Source: the human T2T-CHM13v2.0 reference genome, Homo sapiens
DNA length: 64,000 nucleotides
Reading direction: 5' to 3' (one strand)
Assembly (NCBI RefSeq): GCF_009914755.1
Contig: NC_060935.1
Both the position numbers and the translations under genes were made by a program. Positions 40,224 to 55,049 of the stretch are shown here, piece by piece. Within the stretch, counting starts at the first letter, position 1, and each line of letters opens with the position of its first letter. The notes beneath the pieces are model-generated. The model was not told where the DNA came from. It made no database searches and worked only from the letters and a program-made list of their open reading frames with translations.

Positions 40224-41222
40224 AATATTATATCTATCTACTATCTATCTTTCTATAATTTGAAAGCTACAGAGAGAGAGACAAACACATATTTAAGCCC
40301 GAAGTGAGTTTGCTATGGTGCTGGAAACAAATGTCTAAATCCAGTTTTAAACTTACTTAAGAATTCCCTGTAGCATTATTTAGTATTTAATAGGGATATT
40401 TCCCATTTTAATGAGTACCATGGTTTACAATAAAATGATTAATCCTTCATTGTTCATAATTAGTAATAACCCAATTTATGCTTATTTGAGCCATATACAT
40501 TTGAAATATAACTTACTTTGCTCATCCTTCCCCAGCATTCCTGGCTTCTTTCTGAACTTACAAAAGGTCAAGCCCTGCTCACCGAATGTGCATTCAGATC
40601 ACCACAAATTTACTTATAAAAACAGCAAACAGCTAATAACACTCTTGATCCCTGGCAACCTTTCATGGCTGAAAAAAAATTAGGACAGTCTACCTAGATT
40701 GGGATTCCAAAGACTAAAGACTGATTCCAAATTTCCATTAATTAACTCTGAGTAACAGTATAAATCATTGCTTTCTTCCTAAGAGTCCTTTTGTTTGCTA
40801 TCTGTGGTGTTTTCTTTGATTCTCAACTAAATTTAAATATTTAAAAGTGTTATTAAATTACAAAAAATATATATTGTGGGTGGACTTATGTATTCATTAG
40901 GAGATATAACATTTTAGAAAATTATTATGGAATTTCTTTTGAATATAAAGGAAAAAGTGAAAGTTGATTTCTCCTAAACGAAAACCTTTTGATTTTACAC
41001 ATGGATATTTGCTAGTGGTATTAAATTTGCCAATCGATGTTTTTAATTCAATAATATTCAGGTGACCAATAATCCTTACTCAGTACAAATGTGAAACTGA
41101 ACAAAACTCTTGGTTCTCTGTTTGGAAAGCCCACTTAGGAGCACATGACTTTGCTTCATGTATTTGGGTACTCTGTTATTAGCTATATATATATGTTTAT
41201 AATTGTTATATATTCCTGTTAG

Positions 41223-41532
<310 letters not shown>

Positions 41533-43499
41533 AGATTGATCCTTTTGTCATTATATTTTATCTTTATCTCTAATAGCATTTCTTTGTTTTAAAATCTATT
41601 TTGTATGATATTGGTACAGTTCTTCTGGCTTTCATTTGGTTACTGTTTGCATGATACATCTTCTATCCTTTTACTTTCAACCTGTTTGTATTTCTGAGTC
41701 TAATGTATATCTACTGTAGAAAGCATATAGTTGGATCTTACTGTTTTTTAATTCACTTTGATAATCTCTGACTTGATTATATTGTTTAATCCATTCACAT
41801 TTAATGTTATTATTGATGTGGTTGGACCTATATCTACCATTTTTCTTTTTGTTTTCTATATGTTTCATGTTGTCTTTGCTATTCAGTTCCAATTTTACTG
41901 CTTTCTTGTCCTAATAGATTTTCTAGGGCTTATCATATACATCTTATCAGAATGTACTTAACTTAATTCATGTGAGCATAGAAACATTATTTTTACATAA
42001 TTCTGTTTCCTCTTTCTCCTTTTTGTGCTATCATTAATAAACATGTTATATCTATATATGTTATATCCCAACAATCCATTGTTATAATTATTTATGTAAT
42101 TTAATGCTTCTTAATGAAGTTGAGGGAAAAGGAGTAAGTACATTTATAGAGTTTGATACATTTATTAACCTTCTTACTTACCATTTTTTAACCTTTTCAT
42201 TTGTTCCTGTGAATTTGAGTTACCATCTGGTATTATTTTCTTACTCCAGTACAGCTTTGCTTTATGCTTTTCATTTGGGCTGTTACTGTCAAATATATCA
42301 CATTTTTAAATGTTATAGGCCCAACAATATAATTATTAATACATACATATTATTAAAATTGCATTTTAAAATCAAGAAAAGGAAGGAGAAGAAATATATA
42401 TTTCTACTCTTTTAATTACATAATTACCTACACTGGGTGTTTTTTTGTTTTTTTTGTGTGTTTGTTTGTTTTTACATGTGCATTTGAATTACAGTCTAAG
42501 GTCACTTGCCTTCAGCCTGAAGAACATCTTTTAGTATTTATTGTGATGCAGATCTGCTAGCAATAAGTTCTCTCAATTTTTGTTTTCCTGAAAATGCCTT
42601 TATTTCACCTTCCTTTTTGCAGGTTAGTTTTGCTGGATAGAAGATTCTTAGTTGGCAGACTTTTTTTTTCTTTAAGCATTTTGAATATGCCATCCCTCTG
42701 CCTTCTAGCCTTTATTGTTTCTATTGAGAAATAAGCTTATTGGGGTTCCTTGTAGACCCCAGTAAGACTTTTTCTCTTGATGCTTTCAGAATTTTCTTTT
42801 TGTCTTTGGCTTCAGCACTTTTACTGTGATGTGTCTTGCTGTGGATATCTTTGCAATTATTCTACTTGGAGTTTGTTGAGCTTCTTGGATATATAGATTA
42901 ATGTTTTAAATTAAATTTGGAAAATTTTCAGCCACTATATCTTTGAGTATTTTTTTCTACTTCTCTCTTTCATCTGCTACTGGTACTCCCATTATGCATT
43001 TATGAGTGTGCTTAATGTCACAGATTTTTTTCTGATGATCTATCTTTCTTTATTTTTTTCTTTCTCTCCATTCCTCAGATTGCATAGTCTCTATTGATAC
43101 TTTTCATTTCAGCTATTGTGCTTTTCAACTTCAATTTACATTTGGTTCTTATTTTTAAAATAACCTCTCTCTCATTATTCACATTCTCTATTTGATGAAA
43201 CATTGCCACCACACCTCTGTACTTTCCTTTATCTTTAGACATGGTTTTCTTGAGGACTTTGGATATATTTGTGACTTCTTTGAAGTCTTTTTCTGTTTAA
43301 ATCTGATGTTTGGGTCTGCTCACAGGCAGTTTTTATTATCTACTTTTTGCCTGGTGTATGAGTCACACTTTGCTGTTTCTTTGCATTGTCATACTTTTTG
43401 GTTGAAGACATGGCATTTTAGCTACTGTTTTGTAGCAACGAATACTGATACTAGTACTGATTCTCTCTAGCTTTTATTGTTGTTTGCTTGTTTGTTTAG

Positions 43500-43798
<299 letters not shown>

Positions 43799-45249
43799 TA
43801 ATTTAGTATCTTTAGTGAACTATTTTAATGAAGTCTATTTCCCCCTCTGTGTGAAGCCTCTTCTATTATCTCTTCAGAGAATGCAGCCTGGGACATGACC
43901 ACAGACACCCAGGGATAACAATAGTTTCAGGAGAGTTCTGTTTATTTCCTTAGGTGATCTATAAATATGTCTGCTTCATTTGGTATCACATCCAGCTTGT
44001 TAGTTTTCACTAACTGCTAGTAGATTGCTCTGTTGTTTTTGACAACACCCTGGAGCATATCCAGTTAAATTCCAGCTCCTTGCCAGGTCACTTAAAAAAA
44101 AAACAAACAGTCTTTGAGATTTGTTATGATGCTAAAAAGGCTCTTTCTGTCTCTTTCCCTAGTTATTTCTTATGATTTAGCGAGAGAGTCAGAGTTTTCT
44201 GTTCTTATGGACTCTACCCCCTCTGGGTAAAATCTTTGACCCATTGCTCTTGGCACTGGCTGAGGGAGGTAGTCCTGAAACGAGGGAGATTTTGGCACCA
44301 ATATTCTTGGCCTGCTGCACCTCAGGTAAAGCCATCCACCCTAGATGTCTGGCTAGTTGGAGGCAAAGAATTCTCTGGGTTTCAGAGGCTGAATTCCCAG
44401 TGAGTGCCTTTTGAGTTGCATTCGCTGGGAATTCAGCCTCTGCAACCCAGAGATAGAGGGCCTGAGATATGCTCACAGCCTGCCAACCCCATGAGATACT
44501 GCATCACTTGACTTGGGGCTGAGAAGAGAGGGAGCCCTGTCTTCTTGGCCACATTTGCCCAGAGTGAAGTTTTAGTCATATTGAGCTGAGGGTGGAAGAA
44601 AGAGGGAGCCAGTTGTACCTCAAAAGCCACAGACTCTCGGCTTTTCTTACTGATAATTAGTAGATTTGCTTGAACAAATATTTCTTTATTCTTTAAGTTT
44701 TTTTTATAGAGACTTTAACTGTTTTTGGTTATGGTTTTAAATAATAATTTTTATCCTTTATGATTTTTTCTCTGTTTATTGGATCCATGGGGCTCCTTAT
44801 GTTCTACCATTTCCATAAGTAGAACTCTTAAGTATATAATGTTGGTTTCTTTATTTGTAAACTCCTAGATTTGAAACAATACAAGTTGACAGATCCTGAT
44901 ATACATTTCCTCTTTTAATAAAAGAAAGAGAGATGTTCCAGGAGACAGCAGTTGAGTATCAGCTCCCTACATGAATTGGGGAAATAAGTAGTAGAACCTG
45001 CTGAAATGGTGAGTGGTGGGAGTCTGTATCTATTGAGTAGCCCAGCAGAAAGAAAATTCAATAAAAAGAAAATCAGTCATTAAAATAATCCATCTTCTGT
45101 GCAATGTAGTCATTAACCCACCTTTCAAAACCAAGTTTTTGAGATTCCCAAGTTTACTCCTAATGAGCTTAATATTAACTATATTCCACTTTATTTACAT
45201 TATGGGAACCATGACATTTTAGCAAGAGTGCCTAAAGCTAATTTAATTT

Positions 45250-45460
45250 CAGGGATAATATTATCTTGAGATCATATACAATTTATTATTTTATTTAGTT
45301 CTCACAACAACCTAACATGGGTTGTTATATATATAATTTACAGATAAGGAAACCGAAACCTAGAGATATTAAATAACATAAATGAGCTTACCCAACTTCC
45401 AAGAGATGGATCCAAGCTCTGAATCTAGATAGGCTTACTACATTTACATACTACTTTCCT
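45250..45460 (-). mobile_element. MIR
   Basis: ttctcacaacaacc…tttacagataaggaaaccgaa core. Confidence 0.7.
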
Positions 45461-45959
45461 GAGTAGATTTTCTAATACATATTAAGCAATTAATATATAG
45501 TATTTGATTATATTAAAAGGAAACTTGGAATGAAACTCTTCTTACTTGAAGTAAATGCTTTCTTAGCTAGTGCTCTCTACGGCATAAGGAAAACGTCAGT
45601 CAGCGTGGCAGCTTTCTCTTCCTGTTTTGTGACAGGAGTTGCATGGATAGTCTAAAATCCTGGATTTCCCATAAAATCTTACTTTTGGTTGTAGAATGCA
45701 GTTTGTGACACATGGTCAGTCCGACATAAACATAATCTTGTGTTATACTAATAACCTGACTTGGAGTAAGATAGAAAAGTGAGTGGTTAAACTAAAAGAT
45801 AAGTCAAACAAATGAGGTATCCTCTAAAGAATGTATCTAATTTCCAGAATAGATTAGTGAACTAGTCAAAGTCGTTCTTGAGAGTTGCTAGGATTACTTC
45901 ACTCAGGTCAGTGATATCAGAGGTTTTTGATTTGATTGTCAAGCCAGCAATGATGCTAC

Positions 45960-46057
45960 CACATCTCCTTGTCTCACTGTTTGCCTAGCACAGCACCCAA
46001 TACTAGGGAGGTACTCAGGGAAGTTTTGGATGGATGGATGGATGGATGGATGGATGG
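45960..46057 (+). mobile_element. L2 3' end with (GGAT)n tail
   Basis: gcctagcacagcacc…ggtactcag followed by a ggat repeat at 46027-46057. Confidence 0.7.
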
Positions 46058-46684
46058 AAAGAGGAAAGAGAAAGAAAAGAAACATGTTGGCCAATGATCT
46101 ATCCCAGGAGCTCAAGGAACCCACTGACTTGCAGTCAGGAGACCTGAATTGAAACAGCCACCTCTGTCCTGAATTTGTTGTGACCTCAAAATACACGTTT
46201 CTTTAGGAGCCTCTGAGGTTTTTAAAATTTGTACGATAGGAATATCTGACTTACTGGGAAGACTAAATACAATAATATGTAGGAAAATTCCTGGCAATAG
46301 ATTCTCAATAATATGTTTGGTGACTCTGAATATAATTGCCACCAGTCTATTCTTAACTGTTTGTTCCAAAAGAAATATAGTAGCATTGAAAATACCAAAC
46401 AGCTGATCATCTTTCTAGGGTAATTGTACTTGATTTAGGAAATTAGGGGTTTTTTTCTTTAATAGATTTTGTTTTGCCTGTAATTATGTTTTACGTGAGT
46501 TAATGTTATCTGTTTACATCTTTTTAGGCCATACTCCAAATGCCAATTGGAAGTGGCTAAAAGTAGGACAATTTCCCTATAATGGCATATTTTACATTTT
46601 TTGCACCACAAATTTGATAGAAGAGACTATTTCATAATTTTGAAACATATAACTTAAGATATTTTTGTTGCTTTTTATTTGCAG

Positions 46685-46844
46685 AGTATCACTACACAGC
46701 CAACAAAATCTCATGACTGTCTCAAATCTTGGTGTCATATTTGGCCCAACTCTAATGAGAGCACAGGAAGAAACTGTGGCTGCTATGATGAATATTAAAT
46801 TTCAGAATATTGTGGTAGAAATTCTGATAGAGCACTATGAAAAG
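46685..46844 (+). CDS. ARHGAP42: ARHGAP42 exon ~18 (160 nt): [53 protein letters not shown]
   Basis: Acceptor ttgcag|A and donor AAG|gtaggc; RhoGAP NxMxxxNLxxxFGPTL motif. Confidence 0.97.
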
Positions 46845-47968
46845 GTAGGCGGAATTTTCATGTGGAAGTGTCAAGTTTTATATCTTGGTTTTATAAAGGA
46901 ATTTTGCATTTGATCTGTGAGCTCATGAGTTTTGTATAAATTACTTCTTAATGGGGACTTCAGTTTTCTTTCCTTGTTGTTTTTAAGTGCTTCTCAAAAT
47001 CCTTCAGTTAGGTGGTTTTCTTTCCTTCTACATAATAGACTTCAAAAGGTTTTCTTCTTTACATTGTATGGTAAGTTTATTGCTCCTGTGCAGAGAACAT
47101 TTTAAAATCACTTTGTGGTTGGTTCTATTTTAACCTTCTCTTTGTATCCCTTTGAAATCAAACTCTTAATTATATAGAGGTAATGTTCTAACTAAACAAA
47201 AGAAAAAAATATAGGCAACAGTCTTGAAGTCTTCTCTATATCTAGTCCCTAAGAAGGATTTCTTGAAAAAAGTGAGATCTTAGAATAACTATGAAAATGG
47301 GAAATTTTGAAAGCTGAATTAGTTGGAGTATTAAGCAAATTGAACCATTTAAGGTCTAACAATTTGTAATCCTTTTATCTCTGATCTGGTCCTTGTGAGA
47401 GAATGATTAAGGCCTTCTCCTCCCCTGGGTCCCTTCCCAGCACCCACAGAAGCATGCCCTTAGTGTCTATCTAAGGGCACAAGCTCTCTCACAATGCAAG
47501 AGCACATGGCTGTGTCCTGTAGCTCTGCACATACCTTAACCTGCAGCTAGCCACACTCCTTGGCAGCTCAGAGCCAACAGCATGGCAGCATCTTCTCCTG
47601 AGAAGCAAGGAGCCATTCAGTGGGAGAAATGATATAGAGTGAGCCTCAGCTCTTCTCAGGTTATGTTTTTTCAGAGTATGAAGGTGGAAAGAGAGTATTA
47701 CAATAAAAACCATCAATATGTCTTGTTCATATTTGGAAGGTTTCTTAAAGTTATTGAAAGATCTTCTAGATTTTACTTTTGGGAAATGGGAGAGAATAAA
47801 AAAGAAAACCCCGTGAAAGAATACTCCAGATAAATGGAAAAGTTACAATTGCTCTAGGATACTTATATTTTGCAGCTGATTAAGTAGCATATGGTTCAAA
47901 GCTTATTTTATAATGAAAGTGGCAATATCACCCTTTTATTGACCTTGGTCCATTTTTCTTATACGTAG

Positions 47969-48113
47969 ATTTTTCATACTGCTCCAGACCCAAGCATTCC
48001 TCTTCCTCAGCCTCAGTCTCGATCTGGATCCCGAAGGACACGAGCAATCTGCCTCTCTACAGGGTCTAGGAAGCCCAGAGGGAGGTATACTCCATGCCTG
48101 GCCGAACCTGATA
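47969..48113 (+). CDS. ARHGAP42: ARHGAP42 exon ~19 (145 nt): [48 protein letters not shown]
   Basis: Acceptor acgtag|ATT and donor ATA|gtaagt. Confidence 0.95.
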
Positions 48114-48679
48114 GTAAGTGCACCCGGCCTTAGGGAGATGCTTTCTTCATTCTTTGGTTCAGATGTATTTCACTGTATTGGTAATTAGGTAGAAATAGAA
48201 GATGTTCTCACTGATGCTCTTTCCCCAACACCTCCTCTTTTATCATTTGTATATTCTCTGTCAATAGTTGTACAGTTGCTTGGGTAAGCAAATTCATTAT
48301 TGATACAAAAAGGAAAAAAAGAAAAAAGGGCTCAAGGCCCTTTTTTCTGCAACTGTGATTAAGTACATTGGGTGCTCCTTTGTAGCAGGTTCTGTCCTAT
48401 TGTCAAAGTGGTAAAGAAGAAAGCAAGACAAAGTCTGACTGAAGCTGTCATTTTCTTCCTTCCTTTCACATTATGTTCTTAAAGCATTATCTCTTGGGTA
48501 TCAGTGTCTGAAAGAGAAAAGATAAAAAGAAACAACACACATTATCATCAACTTACAATTCTGAGCCAAGCCCTAAGGTGATGTGGGTGGCACCTTGACA
48601 CCATGGCACACATTAAACTGTGGCTGTTCTCATTTTATTTTATACCCCCCACCCCAATTTTTTGCTCACAGTCAATATT

Positions 48680-48882
48680 TAATAGAAAATAGTCAATTAT
48701 ATATTTTAAAATAACTAAAAGAATGTAATTGGATTGTTTGTAACTCAAAGGACAACTGCCTGAGGAGACGGATACTCCATTACCATGATGTGCTTATTTC
48801 AAGTTGCACACCTGTATCAAAATATCCTATGTTCTCCACAAATATGCATACCTATTATGTACCCAGAAAAATTTAAAAAAAT
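48680..48882 (+). mobile_element. L1MA1/2-like 3' end
   Basis: ttttaaaataactaaaagaatgtaattggattgtttgtaactcaaagga…tatgtacccagaaaaatttaaaaaaa. Confidence 0.85.
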
Positions 48883-49566
48883 AGTTTACTAATTTTTAAT
48901 TTAGATATATGTGAATGCATTATTATGCTTTATCTGATTTTTCTTATAACTTGCTTTTAGGAACATTAGGAAATAAAACCAGCAAAATAGCCAGTTTCTT
49001 ACATTTCTATATTCTTAGCAGGAAAGGAAAAAAGCCTTTGAAAATTGAGGTACTTGTAATTTACTACTGACATTTAATGGTGCCTTTGAATGAAAGAAGG
49101 CTGAGTACTTTGTAACTTGGAATCAATCACCTATGATCAGAAAAGTAAAAGAAAGCAGAAATATGTTTTTACTATACCCCCTTTCATTGATTCCTTGTAA
49201 TATCATGAAGGAATCTTATTTCTCTTACTTCTGAATCCTGTTTCATAAACAAATTTTGTGGGAATTCAAGTCAACCCACTTATGCTTCAAGAAGTAAAGT
49301 TATTATCTAAAGGCAGGTAGTTCATAGGTACATACATAAACTTCCTAAAGTAGCATTGAAAAATACGTTTGGCAAGTTCAAATGCATATTTTAAAGCCTT
49401 TCTCCAGTACTGAGGACAGTTCTCCGTACTAGGTAGGGGCCTACCACTTTAATGGGGTCAGGTGGCCGCAGAACACATGGTAAGTTGGAGAACAGAAGGG
49501 TTTTGGTGATGCTGTTATCAATAGATAGTTACAGTTGCTTTCATCTCTCTCCCTCCTACTCCTTAG

Positions 49567-49947
49567 GTGACTCCTATAGCAGCAGCCCAGACAGCACACC
49601 TATGGGGAGCATTGAGTCACTCTCTTCTCATTCCTCTGAACAAAATAGCACTACAAAGTCAGCTTCCTGCCAGCCCAGGGAGAAATCTGGAGGGATTCCT
49701 TGGATTGCAACCCCATCATCTTCCAATGGACAGAAAAGCCTTGGTCTGTGGACAACTAGTCCTGAATCAAGTTCCAGAGAAGATGCAACCAAGACAGATG
49801 CAGAATCAGACTGCCAGAGTGTTGCTTCAGTCACTAGCCCAGGAGACGTTTCCCCACCCATAGACCTAGTCAAGAAAGAGCCTTATGGGCTTTCAGGACT
49901 GAAAAGAGCTTCTGCTTCTTCTCTCAGATCCATCTCTGCAGCTGAAG
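49567..49947 (+). CDS. ARHGAP42: ARHGAP42 exon ~20 (381 nt, phase 1-1), Ser-rich linker: (S)[14 protein letters not shown]…RSISAAE
   Basis: Acceptor ccttag|GT and donor AAG|gtaagg; lies inside ORF 49452..50021. Confidence 0.96.
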
Positions 49948-50324
49948 GTAAGGCAGAGTGGAACTTGTGCAAGATGTCATTGTCTCAGTGTCACTTGTGC
50001 TGGATTATTCAGCATGGTTAAGCAGGGATAAAGTTAATGGTGGAGAAACTAATGATGCTTATCTACTTTTTTCCTGTGCTTGGATTTTACAACCTAGGCA
50101 CTGTGACATTTTTCCTGAATCATTCCATGTCTGTGAAGTGATGTCTTTGTAATTATTGTAGATTTTGATCTCCCCAAGTGATGGGTTGCTGTACTCAAAG
50201 AACATTCTGTACCTTCCCATTTGGGCTCAGAGAAAAATGCTTCCTTTTGTTATGCACATGTACGTGTTATTGCTATTATGTTGTCTAATAGCACCTTGCC
50301 TATTTTCTTGGGCTTTCTTTTTAG

Positions 50325-50481
50325 GAAACAAGAGCTACAGTGGATCTATTCAAAGCTTAACTTCTGTAGGTTCCAAGGAGACACCCAAAGCTTCACCAAA
50401 CCCAGACCTGCCTCCGAAAATGTGCAGGAGATTAAGACTAGACACTGCCTCAAGCAATGGCTATCAGCGGCCTGGCTCAGT
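50325..50481 (+). CDS. ARHGAP42: ARHGAP42 exon ~21 (157 nt): (G)[51 protein letters not shown](V)
   Basis: Acceptor ttttag|GA and donor AGT|gtaagt; lies inside ORF 50165..50485. Confidence 0.96.
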
Positions 50482-52496
50482 GTAAGTGAGCGTTTGTATA
50501 TTTGCTGTGTCTCCCAGGGATACAGAGAGGAGTTGAGTGTTTCAGAAGAACTCTTGGGAATCCCACAAGTTGAATACATTGGGAATACTTTATCTGTAGA
50601 GTGGGTACAGTCCACTTCTGTAAGACTCTATTCTTTTCTATGAGTGATGTGGAAGTCTTCGGATATGGACAGAATCTCTCTCACAGGGCAGCACTTCAAG
50701 CACTTTCCTTTGAAGCAGAGCTATGACTTAATTTGAGGAAATGAAAACTGATGTATAATACAGTAGTTATAAGCTTTGGAACTAAAAGTGTTCTCATTAA
50801 AAGCTAAACATCCATCTCTCCGCTGAAGAGACTGCCACGCATTGACTATAAGCCAGGTCCCTGCTCTCCTCACTGTTTTAAAGCAGCTTCTTTCTCACTT
50901 CCATCCTACGCCCGCATACCTGAGTCCTCACTGATTTAAACAAGCTAGTAGAGAATGAGGAATATGCAAGGCAAAAGTGGGTACTTCTCATCAAAGGAAA
51001 TGATGCAGAACTGTAAAGGCTGGTAGGAGAAGGGTACATAGACATGAGTAGAAAGTGGGTGAAGAAGAACAATGGAAACCTGGCTAAACAAGTAAGCAAA
51101 AAAGAGAGATAAAAAGTTTCTCTCCCTTTCATTTTGTTTTCCTGACATTTGCTGAGAATTTCCTAATGCTCTCTGAGCCATTACTGGATGTCTTTACATG
51201 AGTTATCTCTTTTAAGGTCTGCAGTGTCCTTTGGAAATGGGTAGTATAAACCACATTTTAGAGATGACGAGAACTGATGCTTTTCTACCGTTTCCAACCT
51301 AGGGTTCTCTGACTACAATTCTGTGCTCCTTCTGTTTTACCTTCTCCATTTTTAATATGATGGCATTCTTCCTGACATTTTAATTATTCATTAAAAGTCC
51401 AGTAAGACATTTTACTAAGCCTGTTTCTATAGGAACTGTGTCATAAATTCATTAGTTCATCCTTTTCTCTGACAGGAACCTTTTGGTTGCAGAGCATGTT
51501 CAATGTACCTTATCTCTTTTGGTTAGAAATCCAGTTACAGTGGTATAGGCAAATATATTTGTCAGTGTGTCTACTCCCCACTGTGTGTAGTTCTGCCCAT
51601 TAAGGGAAAGAAATGTTAAGCCAATGTATTAGGGAAGATGAGAGAATATAAACTCCATTCTTGGTGGAGGAAAGAGAAGAGTTTCTCTTTTGTGATTGTA
51701 CCCATAAAGTAGAAATTCAAATGATTAAAGTGTGTGTTCTATATTAGGTGTAAAATGATCTTTGAGATAATCAAATGGCTTGGCTCTGGGAGAAGAGTTT
51801 GTCAATTAAAGAAATAAGATAGATTTTTTAAAAATCTAGCTTAGAACATCAAGGAATTTTATAGAGTCTTCCAGTAAATATAGAAACTCTTTCAATTCTT
51901 TTTAGTCATACCTGATAGTCTTACCTGTTCAATTAGAACATATCCTCTCTGCCTTGCCCTCCATGATTTGAAACAAGATGTAAATCTACAGATTTGTTTA
52001 TTGGCCATATTTTCAGAGTTTGCCCTTTTCACTTTACAGACATATGTTCACATATTAAAAAAATACATCAATAGTATTATAATTAGTGTTTTCTTAGCTA
52101 AAAGAATGAACAACAGTTCTTTTGTCATGTTGATTTGATTCTTTGCATCTTCACTCGTGGCTCCACAGGAGTCAATAGCCGTGCTGCTGGGAGCAGAGTA
52201 GAGAGAAAATGTTCCTTTTACTGCTCCCATGGTTTTCTGAGATAAAAAGGATGAGGATAGTAAGATCCCCAGAGGAAGTAGCTATTGGTTAATTACAGCC
52301 TGGTACTCTGTAAGCTGGAGGTTAGATCTAAAAATCTCATTGACATTAAAGGTTAAAACAATTAAAATTCCCTTCTAATTTTGGCAATGGTTCTCAACCA
52401 TTTTTTGTCTTGTTTAACTGGCAATCATGAATTTCACTTTGAGCAGAACTGAATGTGATTGACTTCATGAAACTTGCATTTTAAATCATTTTTCAG

Positions 52497-52559
52497 AGTG
52501 GCAGCAAAAGCTCAACTGTTTGAAAATGTTGGTTCACCTAAACCAGTTTCTTCTGGGCG
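52497..52559 (+). CDS. ARHGAP42: ARHGAP42 exon ~22 (63 nt, phase 2-2): [20 protein letters not shown](R)
   Basis: Acceptor tttcag|A and donor GCG|gtaagt. Confidence 0.95.
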
Positions 52560-53993
52560 GTAAGTTCTCCAAACCCTTAAATGCATCTAAAAAAAAGTGG
52601 TGACATTGTTGCTTTGTATTGACATGACACTCTCTGTGACAGCTCCGCCTCTCCATTATGCAGATGGTCAAATTTAAGTCCACTGGCCCTTCACAGGAAG
52701 TCATGTCTGTAAACAGCATATATCATCTCACATTGTTATAGTGATGTCTCATTTGCTGAAATCTTCACAGTAGAAGGGCTCTAAACAAACACATTTCCTA
52801 GAAGATAAAAATTGCTATAATCCTTTATACATCTTTGATGACAGTCATTTTGGGACCACTTTTCAAAAGCATGTTCTTGATTTTTAAAAGTTATATAACT
52901 TTTTCTGGAGGAATCATCATGAATATCCATGGAAAAATATGGTTATCCTTAAGGATCTCAGAGATGTTGTAGAGTTAATTGCCCAAAGCGACTCTGTTTT
53001 TAGAGTACATAATTTCATTAGGGGTTCTCAGATTTTACATTCCATTCCATTATTAAAAGGATATGAGTTGTTACATCTTGCTTCTACTAATGTGCTTGCT
53101 TCTAAAGTTCCTGCTTTACTCTTCTTGCTTTCAAATTTATTCTTGATCTACAGTGGGCTTCGGTTTTTAATTTGAATAATGGAATTTCATAAAGTCAGAG
53201 GCTTTTCATTATTTTTTTTTTTTTACTATCAGCTGCTAGTACAGGTAGGAGACACTCAATGCCTATTGTTGAAAGAGCATATAAATGTGAGAACTTGAAT
53301 AACAAACCTTGATTTTTCCTTTAGATGTACGAACACATTTTTGAGCATCCAATGTCTGGCTAATTGAGGCTGTGAAGGAAAGGAATCACAGATACTGTTG
53401 TATAGTTGTTGTATAGTTCCTCTAAAAGTTATTTAACCAAATAATTTTTATCAACCTGTAAAAGTATATGGACTTTTTCAGCAAACATTTATAAAGTACC
53501 TAGACAGTACTGGGCATGTGATAGTTATTAAGAATAACAATAACAATAACCTTCAAACTCTCTTTGGTTTTGTTCAAAGCCCAGTAAGGGCCCTCATGTA
53601 TTAGGTTTTTTTAACTGCAGAGAGTAGAGCCACTTTGGTATCTTCCTAGAATAATGGTCAGTGCCTAGCATTTAAATAGCTGAGCCAAGAGCATGTGAAC
53701 CTTACCTCTGTCAGCAGTGTCTTTATCTTCCTTTTGACCGAAGCATGGTGAAAACTAAGCCCCATGCATGTCACAGCAAACATCATTTCTCTGAGATTGT
53801 CTTGATTTTTAGGCTTTAGTGTAAGGGATTTAACCTTGCTACTTCTTCTGCCATGCTACGTAGTTGAATTGCTCACTAGATGGAGCCCTTTTATTAGGAA
53901 GCTCTAAAAAGTCAGCCTGTTAAGTAAAAACTCAGGTAATCATAATCAAAGAGGTAATCCCCGTAGAGCTTTAAGAAAACAAGCTATGGATGA

Positions 53994-54790
<797 letters not shown>

Positions 54791-55049
54791 TAATTATTGT
54801 TGAAACTGCTTGCCTAAGACACTCAAGCCTCTGATTAATATATTAGTGGTATTTAAACACTAACTCTTAACAGTTACCTGATATTCTTTTGTACTCTTAA
54901 ATAAAACTGAATGACTCATAGAAGTTGAGGGAATTTCCCTGACCTTCTACAATGCCTGTCTCATTTTTGTTTTTTTCCTAAGGAGCTCAAGGTTACCCTT
55001 GAATTAGACCTTGAAAGAGATAGAACCAGTAGAGGCAGTAGGAAGACTA

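Noticed and set aside
46576-46585. CArG box CCTATAATGG near exon 18 (also CCATTTTAGG at 34432-34441); tempting because ARHGAP42 is SRF-regulated
   Set aside because: Several CC(A/T)6GG matches are expected by chance in 64 kb of AT-rich DNA. The SRF element I recall lies in intron 1, outside the window. SRF ChIP data would be needed.
48320-48348. Rho-independent terminator look-alike
   Set aside because: This is a eukaryotic Pol II intron, so the mechanism does not apply; it is kept only as a hairpin observation.
49628-49873. Antisense and alternate-frame ORFs overlapping exon 20
   Set aside because: Expected shadow ORFs of a Ser-rich, GC-richer coding exon, with no independent signals.
50884-51096. 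Possible purine-rich cryptic exon ending in CAA|gtaagc
   Set aside because: The acceptor is ambiguous, the frame hits an early stop, and there is no similarity to GRAF-family sequence.
53396-53417. 11-bp tandem duplication tgttgtatagt x2
   Set aside because: A common slippage-scale event with no further structure.
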